Shown in pieces: positions 1-11,469 of a stretch of 64,000 bases of DNA. A model generated the notes under the pieces. It was not told the origin of the DNA. It worked only from the letters and a program-made list of their open reading frames with translations, and ran no database searches. A program made the position numbers and the translations under genes. The first letter of the stretch is position 1; every line of letters begins with the position of its first letter. Source of the DNA: Felis catus (Eukaryota); NCBI RefSeq assembly GCF_018350175.1, contig NC_058382.1, positions 55,988,001 through 56,052,000 on the forward strand. Reading direction: 5' to 3'.

Positions 1-424
1 TGTGAGCACGTGTCACAGTTATCCCCACCAATGAGTGAACACTTGTCACCGCCTCCTCCTCTGCCATTGGTGGAGGGCAGCTCCTGCAGGTATCTCTAGT
101 AAGCAGCCCCTGCGGGATAGAGGCGAGTGTTGAGGGGATTCACCCCTGGCAGCTTTGTTCTGGAAGGCTTCCCTGAACGTGTGACTTCCAGAAGTGCACC
201 CGGAGTATCAGCAGGAGGTACCTAGAAATGGGGAAGAGAGGAAGGAGGCGGTGCTAAGAGAGGAAACAGAAAGTGCCAAAGCCCTGAGGTGGGCAGGGGA
301 TGGTCTAGTTACTGATGTGAAAGGGGTTCAGATGGGACAGCCTCTCACCCTGGTGTGAGAGTTGGCAGGTATACCCTGGTGTGGCCGCATCCCGGGGGGT
401 ATGGCTAGTTTTTGTTTTTAAATA

Positions 425-670
425 CAGTAAAACCTTGGATTATGAGTAAGTTGTTCGGCAAGTGTTCTGCAAGACAGGCAAGCATTTCTAATAAATTTTA
501 ACTTGATAAATGAATGGTGTCTTGCAGTATAAGTAGTATGGGATGCCAAACGTCACATGATCCCAACTGAGCCCATGGTTCTACAAGTTCACTTTGACAC
601 ACAAGTGAATCACTTTGGATTACAAGCGTGTTTCTGGAATGAATTGTGCTCACAAACCAAGGTTTTACTG
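425..670. mobile_element. Non-autonomous Tc1/mariner-superfamily (Tigger/pogo-like) MITE, 246 bp
   Basis: Terminal inverted repeats CAGTAAAACCTTGGATTATGAG (425-446) and CTCACAAACCAAGGTTTTACTG (649-670), 20/22 match; TA on both sides (423-424, 671-672). Exact family not identified. Confidence 0.85.
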
Positions 671-994
671 TATTTGGAGTACCTTCCAGGCTGTGGTCAA
701 TGTCTCTTTTACTGGGGGACCGTGAAAAGTAAATCAGATATCACATGGGAACGCTGTTTGCAGTTTGTGAAGTCCTATGTGAAGGTTGTTGCTGGTTTGC
801 TGCTGGGGAGGTTTCACGTCGAAATCTGATAAGATGGAAAGATTTGAGCCCTGGCTCCTACTCTCCAGGGTCCTGTGAGCAGAACACTCTTAAGCTGTTG
901 TCATTAGCTTGTGATATAATTTTGGCCTGAGGCTTTCTGGGATAGATGGTGTGGAGAGACCCTGTTACTGAGAGTTAAAAGTCCACATTTTCCT

Positions 995-1160
995 TGGAGT
1001 CTGGAAGTCCTGGGTTCAAGATCCAGCTTCACCATTCACTACCGAGTGGTCTCAGATAATCCCTTTGAACCTCTCTAAGCCTCAGTTTTCTCATCTGTAG
1101 CTCACAGGTTACCAGAGGCGTGAATACTGTGTTGGATGCAGAGTGGATACTAGTGGTTTC
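995..1160 (+). mobile_element. MIR SINE fragment
   Basis: GGAGTC..CCTGGGTTCAAGATCCAGCT..AACCTCTCTAAGCCTCAGTTTTCTCATCTGTA matches the MIR core; boundaries approximate. Confidence 0.75.
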
Positions 1161-1649
1161 TCTTTTTTAAGCATTCGATTAAATACAAGCTTTACTGTAT
1201 TTATTGTAAGGGCTTTTGTTTATACTGGCCAGCTTTTTGAGAACAGTTGTTTGAATCCATTACAATGAGTGGCAAACACTGTGAGTCATTGATTTGTCTT
1301 AAACAGTAGTTTGGAAAGTCAGTGTCTGGGCCCCATTGGCTCTCCCAGACGTGTTATCAGTGCAGCAGTCTGGTGTAGGGGAACCAGTTTGAAATCAGGC
1401 TTCTGAACCAGCTCCTATACTTATAACAGGTGTGATGTGGACCAAGTGAAGCTCTTTGCCCCTCTGTGGTAAATAAAAGGTCCCACCTCTCAGGGTTGAA
1501 GTGGGAACTCAGTAGATTAACGCAAGCAAAACCATTATTTCAATGCTAGAGTGTCATAGGGCCTCAGCAAATATGAGCTAATAAAGTTGCTGGCATATGA
1601 GCTCCTTGGGGGTAAGGCCTTGGCCTGACTGATTCACAGCTGGGGCTCC

Positions 1650-1718
1650 TGTGCCAGAAACAAGGTATGGTGAGTAGTAGGTGCTCAATAAATATTTATT
1701 GAATGAATGAATGAATGA
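1650..1718 (+). mobile_element. L2 LINE 3' end
   Basis: GTAGGTGCTCAATAAATATTTATTGAATGAATGAATGAATGA is the typical L2 terminus. Confidence 0.75.
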
Positions 1719-2989
1719 GGTTTCCTGGAGGTACAATTGAGAACCTGCATTTTTGAGCTCTTTCCATATGATTATGGGATGCAGCCATGATTGAGAACTA
1801 TTGGCACAAAACATTCATTTTCTAGATGATGGAATTGCAGCCAGGATGCTGTGTAATTCACCCCAAGAGCACTTGGTTAATTTACTTAACAAACAGTCAT
1901 TCCTTCCTTTTATTTAACAAATATTCATTAGATACTTATAATGTTGCTGGTGGTACTTAAACCCAGGTTCTACCAAAAAGAATAAGGGCTTTCCTCGGCT
2001 CTTGATAAGCTCATGGTGTAGTAGAGGGTTCGGATATATAAACAAATGCATACATTACTGTGTGCCATGGTATGATATTTACACACATCGTATGCTCAAG
2101 GAATACAGATAAAGGGACATTGATTCTGCAGTGGGACCAGTGGAGGCCACCTAGGAAAACTGTATTTAAGATGACTGGGGAATAGGGCAGTAGGGGGTTC
2201 TCAGGCAGCTAAGAGGGAGAGATAGAAGGCACAGGATGAGCATAGGCACACAGAAGACCATGGAACCAGTGAATCTTCCCATGAGGCTAGAGCAGAGGGC
2301 CAGAGCTCCTGAGATGGCTTGTATACGCTGGGAGAAGCTCCAGCTGGAAGTAACAGGGTCAAAGGCCAGGAGTCAGCAAAGAGACTGGTAAGTTTGAAGA
2401 ATGAAAAACTAAACCATGTACATTTGAAGAAGAGTGGCAAGAAATGCAGTCTGATGGATAGACAGGGGCCAGATCATCTGGTCTTTGTAGGCCAAGACGA
2501 AGAGTTCTAAATAGAATGGAAGCCATTGGTAATTTTATGAAGGGGACATTCAATGAGTTAAATTCTAGGGTCGCTCTTGTTACTGTGGTGGAGGAGAGAG
2601 GGCAAGTCTCCATACGCGGTGGAGAGGCATCAGGAACCTGCGAATGTAGCCCAGGTGGGAAATGGCAGGTAGGCTACTTAGTTGATGGTACTGGAGATGG
2701 AAGGAAATCCATGCATCACGATGTGCTTTCATAAGAATAGTAGTGCAGTGAGGGAGTGCCAAGTGCTTGAGTTCTGTACCCCTATCCTCTCCACTTCTCC
2801 ATCAGACAGACCACACTGTGACTGGGCGCATCACAGGACAGGGGCATGGACTCAAGGAAGAGTTCTTGGTTTGAATTGAAGCCCACCAGAGCATATATAG
2901 AATAAAAATAATCTACATGTTATTTCAATTTGATTCAGCAAGCACTTTGAAACCCATTTTTGTCAGTGCCCTCTCAATTTTGAGCGTGT

Positions 2990-3500
2990 AATGCCCAACT
3001 CAAGATGGAGAATGCATAGTTTACTTAACGGAAATAGTCTGGGGTGTGGATCTTCGGGAACAGCTGAATACAGGAGCTCAAATACCGTCATACAGAATCA
3101 GTTTCTCTCCATCTCTTCGCTCTGTTGTCTTTGGTGACTTCACTCTTAGACAAGATCTCCCCATAATGTACCAAATGGCTACTGGTAGGCCCGGATCTGG
3201 AGCTCATAGTTTCACAACCCAGTAGAAAGAGAGCTGTTGTACCCCTACTGTCGTTGCAGAGGGCTGACCATGATTCTCCCAGCCGGGGTCCCGTGAACAT
3301 CCCCGATCCAGGCACAATGCCAGATGGACTGCTGAGATTGACCAGGCCAGGGTCACACTTCCAGCTCTAGTGCTGGATACAGAGTCCCCCTTAATTTCAT
3401 AGACTGACTGTGAGAGTGAGGTGATTTCCCAAAGGCAAGCTGGGCACTGCTGCATGAGGCTGAGAGATGGTAGGTAGACCAGAAGGACAGATGTCTGCCA
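2990..3500 (-). mobile_element. ERVL-MaLR solo LTR (MLT1K-like)
   Basis: Degenerate MLT1 motifs (CAGCTGAATACAGGAGCTCAAAT..TTTCTCTCCATCTCT; GATTGACCAGGCCAGGGTCAC); boundaries approximate. Confidence 0.55.
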
Positions 3501-4148
3501 CTAGCACCTGCCGTCGTGTGCAAGGCTCTGCTCAGCAATCTTGTGAGGGAGTCAAAGATGAATAATTCAGTCCCTGGCCTCCAGATGCTTGCAGGGTACC
3601 AGGGATGCAGATGCATACATAAGCCTCTATAATATGAGCCTGCCTGTGATAAGTGCCCTGATTTGATGGCATATCCGGCACCATAAAGCTCTGACTGCTT
3701 ATTCAATTGGCACCTGGGGCTTGGCACATGTTTCCTCACATTTCTATTTTAAAAGTCAATAAATCGTTTCTGGTACCTTGACTGGAAATTAAATCTGGGT
3801 GTTTTTCCTTCCCCTGATTATGGGGTTGATGTCCAAAGTTGACTCCCAGCAGCAGCACTGGGTCAAACTGACCCATCATCTGGAAATCATGGTGTAGCTG
3901 GCAGTGCAGGTATAAAGGGAGAACAGGTGGACCTGATGGGGAAGGAGGGCTCCACATGAGCAGCTACCCACAGGGAGCAGTCGGAGACCCCAGTTCAAGC
4001 CAGATAACCACCGCAGTAAATCTTAGATATGTGTGTGGAGGCAGACACTCTACTGCTCCCCACCACGGTGTATCATCCACAATACTAAGCTCTTCCTTAG
4101 CTTCTCATAGGTATTTACTTTTCCACTCAACACATATTTAGTGAACCA

Positions 4149-4522
4149 TGTGGCGGAGACTGGCTAGTTATCCACCAGCTCATTTCCTTCTTTCTCCAGG
4201 GCACACAACCAGGTTACACTGCAGTCTCCCTTAGGCCAGCTTCTGGCCAGTGGCGTGCTGGTCAACGTAAGGGCAAGCCTTACTTCTGTAGAACCTCCTG
4301 TGTAGCCATCCATGCGCATTTGCTCTATTGTCCTATCTGCCAGCTGGAGGCAGAGGATCCAGTGGGAGACAGCAGAGCCACAAGATGGAAGGAGGCTTAG
4401 ATGACTACAGGGAGTCACCAAATCCCTTCTTCCCATCCCCAAATAAAAAGATCTACACAGATCGTGTCATGGATGAGAGCTGAATCTTCATAGTGTTCAC
4501 AGTTGAAATCGTGGTTTGTTAA
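4149..4522 (+). mobile_element. ERVL-MaLR solo LTR (MLT1I/J-like)
   Basis: Starts TGTGGCGGAGACTGGCTAG; contains GCAGAGCCACAAGATGGAAGGAGGCT typical of MLT1. Confidence 0.6.
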
Positions 4523-4930
4523 GCAAAGTGGGCATGGGTCTTACCTCGATGGGGTTCTCAGTCTTACCTGTCATTTTATCTCTTCTCATCTCTTCTCCCT
4601 GCCTTCTTGTCATCATCAACAAATAATGCCAAAAACAAGAATCCCAAAATAATGGATGAATGGCCAGCAAAGTCAACTGCTGGGCTGAGTTTTGGAAATG
4701 AACATCTTGCTTATGTGCAGGTCACAGCCTCATCCTGTAATCTTTCAATTGCGAATTCTTCAATTGTGCAGATTAAAAATCTTCTTTATTACATTAAAAA
4801 AAAACCTTGTTCTTCTCATTTTCTCTCTCTAAACCAGTCCTTCTAATCAGCTAGAATTGCATCCATCCAGTCCTCTATTAATTCATGCATGCATCCATCT
4901 ATCCGTTCATCTATTCTTTCTACCTAATTT

Positions 4931-5375
4931 AAAAATTTTTTTAATGTTTTATTTATTTATTTATGTAAAAAATTTTTTTAACGTTTATTTATTTTTGAGA
5001 CAGAGACAGAGCATGAACGGGGGAGAGGCAGAGAGAGAGGGAGACACAGAATCAGAAGTAGGCTCCAGGCTCTGAGCCATCAGCCCAGAGCCTGACGCGG
5101 GGCTCGAACTCACAGACCACGAGATCGTGACCTGGACTGAAGTCGGACGCTTTACCGACTGAGCCACCCAGGCACCCCTATTTATTTTTAAGACAGAGAG
5201 AGACAGATCATGAGTGGGGATGGGGCAGAGAGAGAGGGAGACTCAGAACCTGAAGCAGGCTCCAAGCTCCGAGCTGTCATCACAGAGCCCGACGCAGGGT
5301 TCGAACTCAAGAACTGTGAGATCATGACCTGAGCTGAAGTTGGACGCTCAACCGACTGAGCCACCTGGGCAACCC
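4931..5375 (-). mobile_element. Can-SINE (older, outer copy, interrupted by a younger SINE)
   Basis: Reverse-complement SINE body 5179-5375, tail remnant 4931-4960; TSD TCTACCTAATTT (4919-4930) / TCTACCTAGTTT (5376-5387). Confidence 0.85.
4961..5178 (-). mobile_element. Felid Can-SINE (SINEC_Fc-type) nested in the tail of an older SINE
   Basis: Full head GGGGTGCCTGGGTGGCTCAGTCGG on the - strand, CT tract, A-rich tail; flanked by TATTTATTT repeats. Confidence 0.9.
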
Positions 5376-5684
5376 TCTACCTAGTTTTATTAATAATAGT
5401 TGTCTTGTTTGTTAAGTGCTCATTTGCCAGGTGCTGCACCAAGATATTGACATGATAGTCTTTTTTAATCCAAATGACAGTCCAAATTAGGAGGTCCTGA
5501 GACCTAACTTATGTAAAGCTATAGAACTAGTAAGTGAGGAGGGAAGGTATGAACATATGTGTCTTTGATAGAGTCTAGATTCTTAGTCACTATGCGGTCC
5601 TTAATTCCACTGTTTATCAGGGTGCTCTGAAATGTTGTGTCTGGTGGAGGGTTCACACAGAATAGATGCTGTGAAGGAGTTTGT

Positions 5685-5687
<3 letters not shown>

Positions 5688-5719
<32 letters not shown>
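5688..5719. repeat. (TG)n microsatellite
   Basis: About 16 TG units seen directly. Confidence 0.95.
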
Positions 5720-5720
<1 letters not shown>

Positions 5721-5919
5721 ACGCACGTGTGTTCATATACATGTTATTGTGTGAATATGGTTGGAGGAGACTGCCATACAAATTGGAAATACAGTTGGAA
5801 AGGTGCCATGAAAAGCAGCCAAAAGAATCAAGGAGCCCTGCCGGAGATGGGAAAGTATCCTGATGATCCACGGTGAAGAGAAGCCCTGGGGCTCTAGACA
5901 ACAGAGGGAGGCAGTGAAG

Positions 5920-6200
5920 GAGAAGCGGGGGTTAAAAGTGTGCACTCTGGAGTCAGTCTGATCTTACACCCTCAACCTTCCAGCTGGGAGTGGGGGTGGT
6001 CTAAGGACAGGTCACCGCATCTCTGCAGCTCAGTTTCCCCATCTATACAAGTGGGCTAATATAGGTCATACCTAAAGGGTGTGATTAAATGAGATAGCAT
6101 TGTAAAGATTAAATGAAATAGCATTATAAGGATTAATTGAGATGACACACTTTGAACAGATCTGGGACATAGTAAATTCTCAGTAAATAATAGCTTCAAT
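5920..6200 (+). mobile_element. MIR SINE with internal 24-bp tandem repeat
   Basis: CTCTGGAGTCAG..CTCAGTTTCCCCATCTATACAAGTGGG..GATTAAATGAGATA..ACATAGTAAATTCTCAGTAAATAATAGC. Confidence 0.75.
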
Positions 6201-6387
6201 GATGATGATGATTTGGGATTGGAAGCAATAGCATAAATGCTCTTCCCCTTTCCTTCTTCGCAAATAGTACACATGTGTCCCTATCCCCATATTCAGTATT
6301 GTTTTCCAAGCTCTGAATTATCCTACCTCTGACACCAACCAGCTGTGTGAACCCAGGCAGAGCATATAACCTGTATTGGCCTGCTTG

Positions 6388-6574
6388 CTTTTTCTTTCCT
6401 TTTCTTTCCTTTTCTTTCCTTTCCTTTCCTTTCCTTTCCTTTCCTTTCCTTTCCTTTCCTTTCCTTTCCTTTCCTTTCCTTTCCTTTCCTTTCCTTTCCT
6501 TTCCTTTCCTTTCCTTTCCTTTCCTTTCCTTTCCTTTTTTCTTTTCTTTTTTCTTTTCTTTCTTTTCTTCCTTC
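6388..6574. repeat. (TTTCC)n pentanucleotide repeat within a 187-nt pure pyrimidine tract
   Basis: About 24 perfect TTTCC units (approx. 6415-6534) with degenerate TTTTC flanks. Confidence 0.97.
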
Positions 6575-6579
6575 GGGGT

Positions 6580-6830
6580 GTGGACTAGTAGTAGGCTCTG
6601 GAGCTAGAACTGCCTGGAGTCACATATTAGCTCCTTCATTTATCAGCCATGTGCCCTTGGGCAAGTAATTCAGCTCCTCAGGGCCTTAGTTTTGTCTTCT
6701 GCAAAATGGAAATGAAAATAGCAACCATCTCATTGCACGTCCTAGGGAATGAGGAAGTTGATGATCCACGCAGCTGTCAGCCTAGTTCCTGGTACATGGT
6801 CATCTCTCAATGAATGCCAGCTATTCTCAC
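6580..6830 (+). mobile_element. MIR SINE
   Basis: GGCTCTGGAGCTAGAACTGCCTGG..GTGCCCTTGGGCAAGTAATT..CTTAGTTTTGTCTTCTGCAAAATGG. Confidence 0.8.
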
Positions 6831-7501
6831 TATAAAATTAAGAGGTCCCTTCAACTTTACTTGGTGGGTTTTCTTCATTGTGTTTTACCTCTGTTTTTAC
6901 TGTGGATAATTGTACTCAGTGCCCCAGGCGGTGCATTCCCGATTTGTAAACTAATTTTGACACAATCTCCATTCCAGTTGGCTCTCTGAGAAATGTTCCT
7001 CTTTAATGAATATGATAGCGGGACTCACTCATTACCAGGTTATTTTAGGCAAGAGTGATTTTTAACTCGTTACCCAGATAATTATTGCAGTTCTCTAGCT
7101 GCCTTTCTGGGCACAGACTTAATAAGCTCTGAGGATATGTGGCAGTGCTTTTCTTGGCTGAGATAAGAGAATTATTGAAGCTCTCAGGTGAAAGTGTGAA
7201 GTCTTAGCTGTGCAGAGAGTGGCTGTGCCAGCCAAGCGGCCTCTGACAAGAGAGGGGCTCAGCTCCTTTGGGAACCAATGTGCGATTTCATTAATCATGG
7301 GACATTTCCAGTGGGCCTGAAGATGTCAGTTTTGTTTATGGGCAAGGTGTCCATAAATGCATGGGGGAACGGACTTCGTGCACAGAGGGGTACATAGTAA
7401 ATTACACACAGATGGAAACCAGGACCAACCTAATTTACCTGTGGGTCCCCCCAGTGCTAGGGGTCTGCACACTGGTTGCCCATATCCTGTAGTGGTTTGG
7501 A

Positions 7502-7838
7502 GTAAGGATCCAGACTTTTTCTGTACAATAATTTTTTTTATAAATATTTTAGCTTTTGTGGGCCATCAGATTTCTCGTTCAGCTGCTCAATTCTGCTGAT
7601 AGAGCATGAAAGCAGCAAAGGTCAATATATAAATGAATGATGTGTCTGTATTCTAATAAAACTTTACTTGTGGACACTGAACTCTAATTTCATATAATTT
7701 TCATAGGCCACAATCTACTGTTTTTACTTTGATATTTTTCACCAATTAAAAATGGAAAAACCATGTTTTCCTTAAAACACTTACGAAAACAGGTGGTGGA
7801 CTGGACCTTGCCAATAGACCCTAGTTTGCTGACTCATG
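7502..7838 (+). mobile_element. hAT-Charlie MER58B-like DNA transposon
   Basis: ACTTTTTCTGTA..AAATATTTTAGCTTTTGTGGGCCAT..AATAAAACTTTACTTGTGGACACTGAA..AAAACAGGTGGTGGACTGGA..TAGTTTGCTGAC. Confidence 0.75.
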
Positions 7839-9679
7839 TATAAGTCCTGCTCCTTCCATTATTTGCTGTGTGACTGTGGGCATGTTCCTCAGCTGGTCTG
7901 TGCTTCAGTTGCCTCATGTTCAAAGTAGGAAAACTAGTTCTAGCATTCTTTAAAGTGGCAGGGGAGATTAAGAGTTAATGGAGGTAAAATGCTTAAGATG
8001 ATGCCTGGTGCATAGCATGCCCATAGAAACGTTAGCTCCTTTTACCATCTCACCGAATCCCCACACTGTGGAGGACGTGGTGTTATTATCCACATTTTCA
8101 GGTGATGGGGATGCTAAGTCCTTTGTCCAAGGCCAGAGTTAGACCGAGACTTACTTATGCAAAGTATTGGCAGCCTATTCTTGATTACTAACAAGGCGGA
8201 AATCAGTGTTGCTACAAAACTGGTTTTGTTCTCATTACACGAAAGCTTCCAGGGTTCCCCATCCATCTGAATTCCACGATGGCTCTCCAAGGCTGGCCTT
8301 TGACCGAGGGACAGGGCAGTGGAAAGTGGTTGTAAGACAAGCACATCATCACGGGGAAGGAGTGGCAGAGCCGTGGTTGATGCATTTTTTCATTTTCTTC
8401 CCATTTTTCTTCTTTTTTGGCCACACTCTGGAGTTTACATTTGGGACATCCCTGTCAGGTTTGCAAATTGGTCGAGGTTACACCTGCAGGATGCACATTT
8501 ATCCTCCCCCATACCATGATTCTTTTCTCCCTAATGCACCAAATTAGAAGATTGGCCGATTTTCATTTCCCCTAAAAAGTAAAATTTCAGCTTAAATCAC
8601 AAACGTCTATGGTGCACTTAGCAGTCACAACAGCTTCTAACAGGCAGCCCTTCCTCCTTATTCCCTCTCTCCCCGCGAATAATCAGGTCTCTTGTGATTT
8701 AGAAATGCATTAGCTCCACTTAGAGTTAAGGGTCAACTTTGACTTCTGGGGAAGTTACCCCAAATTTAAATGGTAAGAATCCATCCCATTTAGAGCATGA
8801 TGTATTCGCTCCTCTCCCTCCTTGCTCATATACTTTACGGAAGGATAAGCAATCTGAGAAGGTGTCTGAGTAGATTCTGGAGGGGTGTAAATTACTGGGA
8901 CAAAAATCACATGTGACTGCTGGCTGGCAAGCTCTGTGTGCTCCTACATGGCCAGCTTCTGAAGTTCTTCCTCTCTGAAGACAGGTGCCCCCACGCTACA
9001 GGAGTCCACTCCCCAGCAGAGGAGGGACCCCAGACCTACCCCAGCCATGTTTGGTCTCATGTCCCCAGCATTTGAACAGACCTAACATTCTGTGTCATGA
9101 AACCCTTCACGCATGTTTTGGAGACAGCCCTGTCTCTCCACCTGACTGAGGAGAAAGGTTAGAATCCTTCCCACATATCCCAGGTTGACCCCTCATTACT
9201 CTAGTCCCTGGAGTAAGTTGCTTATTGTGTACTGTCTCCTTCCTCTGTAAAACTGGGAGGTCACATGAATACCTTCCCTCACAGGGTTGTTGTGAGAATG
9301 AGTATTTGTAAAATGCTTGCAATGGTGCTTGACATGTAGAATCACTTTGGGAGTGTTGGCTGGGATTAAACACACTAGATAATAGGAGCTGGCAGAGACC
9401 AAGCTACATCCCAGCTATCACCCTTCAATGGCATCCCATTTTTTATAGGATAAACCCTAATCTCCTGAATCTGGTTTACAAAGCCTTGCTTAGCTCACCT
9501 GCTTGGCCTTATTCCGTCTATCCATCTGTGCCCTGCAGCCACACAGAATGGGTTTCAGCTGGTTTAGGGCACCAACGGGCTGCAGCCAGCTCACACCGGC
9601 CCGGAGAGCGAACTGTTAGAGCTTCAGGAGTTTGGCACATGGGCTATTAAATAGAGCTATCATTAAAAATTAAATTACA

Positions 9680-9880
9680 GGGGCACCCGGGCGGCTCAGT
9701 CAGTTAAGTGTCTGACTCTTCATTTGGGCCCAGGTCATGATTCACAGTTTGTGAGTTCAAGCCCTGCATCCGGCTCTGTGCTGGTAGTGTGAGCTTGCTT
9801 GGGATTCTTTCTCTCTCTGCCCCTCTCCCACTCATACTCTCTTTCCCTCTCTATCTCTCGAGATAAATAAATCAACTTAA
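9680..9880 (+). mobile_element. Can-SINE
   Basis: tRNA-like head, CT tract, A tail; perfect TSD AAAAATTAAATTACA (9665-9679 / 9881-9895). Confidence 0.92.
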
Positions 9881-10180
9881 AAAAATTAAATTACAAAAGC
9901 CTGTAATTAAGTTGTAAGTAAAAACAAGGTAACTTATCACTTGCTCATTATTCTACTACATTTTAGTATTTTTTGTGTTTGGGGGCTTTTCAGGTCTGAT
10001 GTGTCTGTGTGGTGAGCCCTATGGGATGATGTTCTGCTACTCTACATCTCTTCCCAGCTCTTCATTCAGTGATATCACCCTGGTGGCTGGAAATCTGCCA
10101 AGGCGGGGGCGTTTACACCACAGGAATTGGCAAACTGTACAAATCAGGGCTTGATTTATTGTTTGGTTGATGATCTGGAA

Positions 10181-10380
10181 TAGCTGTGGACAAAGGGCTG
10201 TAAAGGGCTAGATACTAAGTATCTTAGGCTTTGTGGGCAATAAACCCTCTGTTGTACTTAGCTCTGTGGCTATAGAGCGAAAACAGCCATAGAAGATGCA
10301 TACATGAATGAGCTTGGCTGTGCTTTGGCAAAACCTTATTTCCCAAGATAGGCAGCAGGCTCATCATTTGCTGGCCTCTA
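10181..10380 (+). mobile_element. hAT-Charlie MER58A-like element
   Basis: CTGTAAAGGGCTAGATACTAAGTATCTTAGGCTTTGTGGGC..AACAGCCATAGA..GGCTGTGCTTTGGCAAAACCTTATT. Confidence 0.7.
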
Positions 10381-10406
10381 GTCTGGGCTTAGAAAAGTGA
10401 TGGGGA

Positions 10407-10609
10407 GGGGCACCTGGGTGGCTCAGTCGGTTACACATCTGGCTCTTGACTTCCGCTCAGGTCATGATCTCACAGTTTGTGGGTTTGAGTCCTGCACTGG
10501 GCTCTGCCCTGATAGTGCAGAGCCTGCTTGGGATTCTCTCTCTTCCTCTCTCTCAGCGTCTTCCCTGCTTGCTCTCTCTCAAAATAAATAAAAACAAACT
10601 TAAAAAAAT
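10407..10609 (+). mobile_element. Can-SINE
   Basis: GGGGCACCTGGGTGGCTCAGTCGG head; TSD AAAAGTGATGGGGA (10393-10406) / AAAAGTGATGGAGA (10610-10623). Confidence 0.92.
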
Positions 10610-11249
10610 AAAAGTGATGGAGAAAGTGTCAACAATACCAAATAAATAAAAAAAAAACACGTTTCGTCATTTATGCATAGCCCCACCCCCCTCAAACCCG
10701 AAGACCTCTTCTTCCAGCATTTGAAAACTGTTCCATGATTCAGCACAGAAGCTGAATCGACGAGTGCAGTTCAGACTTGAGTCTTTCATTGCTTTCCTGT
10801 GATCTTGTTTACTTAAAGGAAAACATCAGCCAATGTTGGGATGGGAACTATACTCATTCATCAGTTCTGATCATAGATTGGCTACAGAGAGGAGGTTGTC
10901 ACAAATACACACAAGTTCTGTCAGAATCAATTGGCTACGTGTGGAATTTATAAGAGAGAGTATTGTACATTTTGTTATTTGAAAATTATGTGTTACTTAT
11001 CTTACACATCAGTAACATGTATGATAAACTTATGTTGGCATAGATATGTATATATTATTTTGTGTGGAGAGCCAGTTAACTTTACCAGCACACCACGGTT
11101 TGGAGAGGACAGGCTCTTTCCAGCCCCCAGGACTTTGTTAGGTCCTTCCACTGGAAATAGCTTTGATTTCTTCTTTACTTTGCCTGTCTTAACTCCTACT
11201 TGGCCTTTAGTTCAGAGCTTAACCATGACTTTTTAAAAAAAGACTTCCT

Positions 11250-11469
11250 GGGGCGCCTGGGTGGCTCAGTCGGTTAAGCGTCCGACTTCAGCTCAGGTCA
11301 CGATCTCTTGGTCCGTGAGTTTGAGCCCCGCGTCGGGCTCCGGGCTGACGGCTCAGAGCCTGGAGCCTGCTTCCAATTCTGTGTCTCCCTCTCTCTCTGT
11401 CCCTCCCCCGTTCATGCTCTGTCTCTCTCTGTCTCAAAAAAAATAAACGTTAAAAAAAAAATTAAAAAA
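11250..11469 (+). mobile_element. Felid Can-SINE (SINEC_Fc-type, low divergence)
   Basis: Full length, CpGs largely retained; TSD AAAAAAAGACTTCCT (11235-11249) / AAAAAAAGACTTTCT (11470-11484). Confidence 0.95.

Larger units (their letters stand above)
9570..11098 (+). mobile_element. hAT-Blackjack MER63 (long, MER63D-like) element interrupted by three later insertions
   Basis: 5' end CACCAACGGGCTGCAGCCAGCTCACACCGG; internal CATCTCTTCCCAGCTC..TTTACACCACAGGAATTGGCAAAC..AAATCAGGGC; 3' end GAGAGCCAGTT..TTTACCAGCACACCAC. Confidence 0.7.

Noticed and set aside
4538..4745. Two minus-strand GTAAGA donors (GTCTTACCT twice)
   Set aside because: No adequate polypyrimidine acceptor upstream, and the nearest candidate exon has stops in all frames.
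6347..6607. ORFs with FPFLS repeats that look hydrophobic
   Set aside because: Translation of the (TTTCC)n microsatellite.
11250..11340. tRNA-like A/B boxes (here and in all SINE heads)
   Set aside because: tRNA-derived Can-SINE heads with CT tract, A tail and TSD; not tRNA genes.
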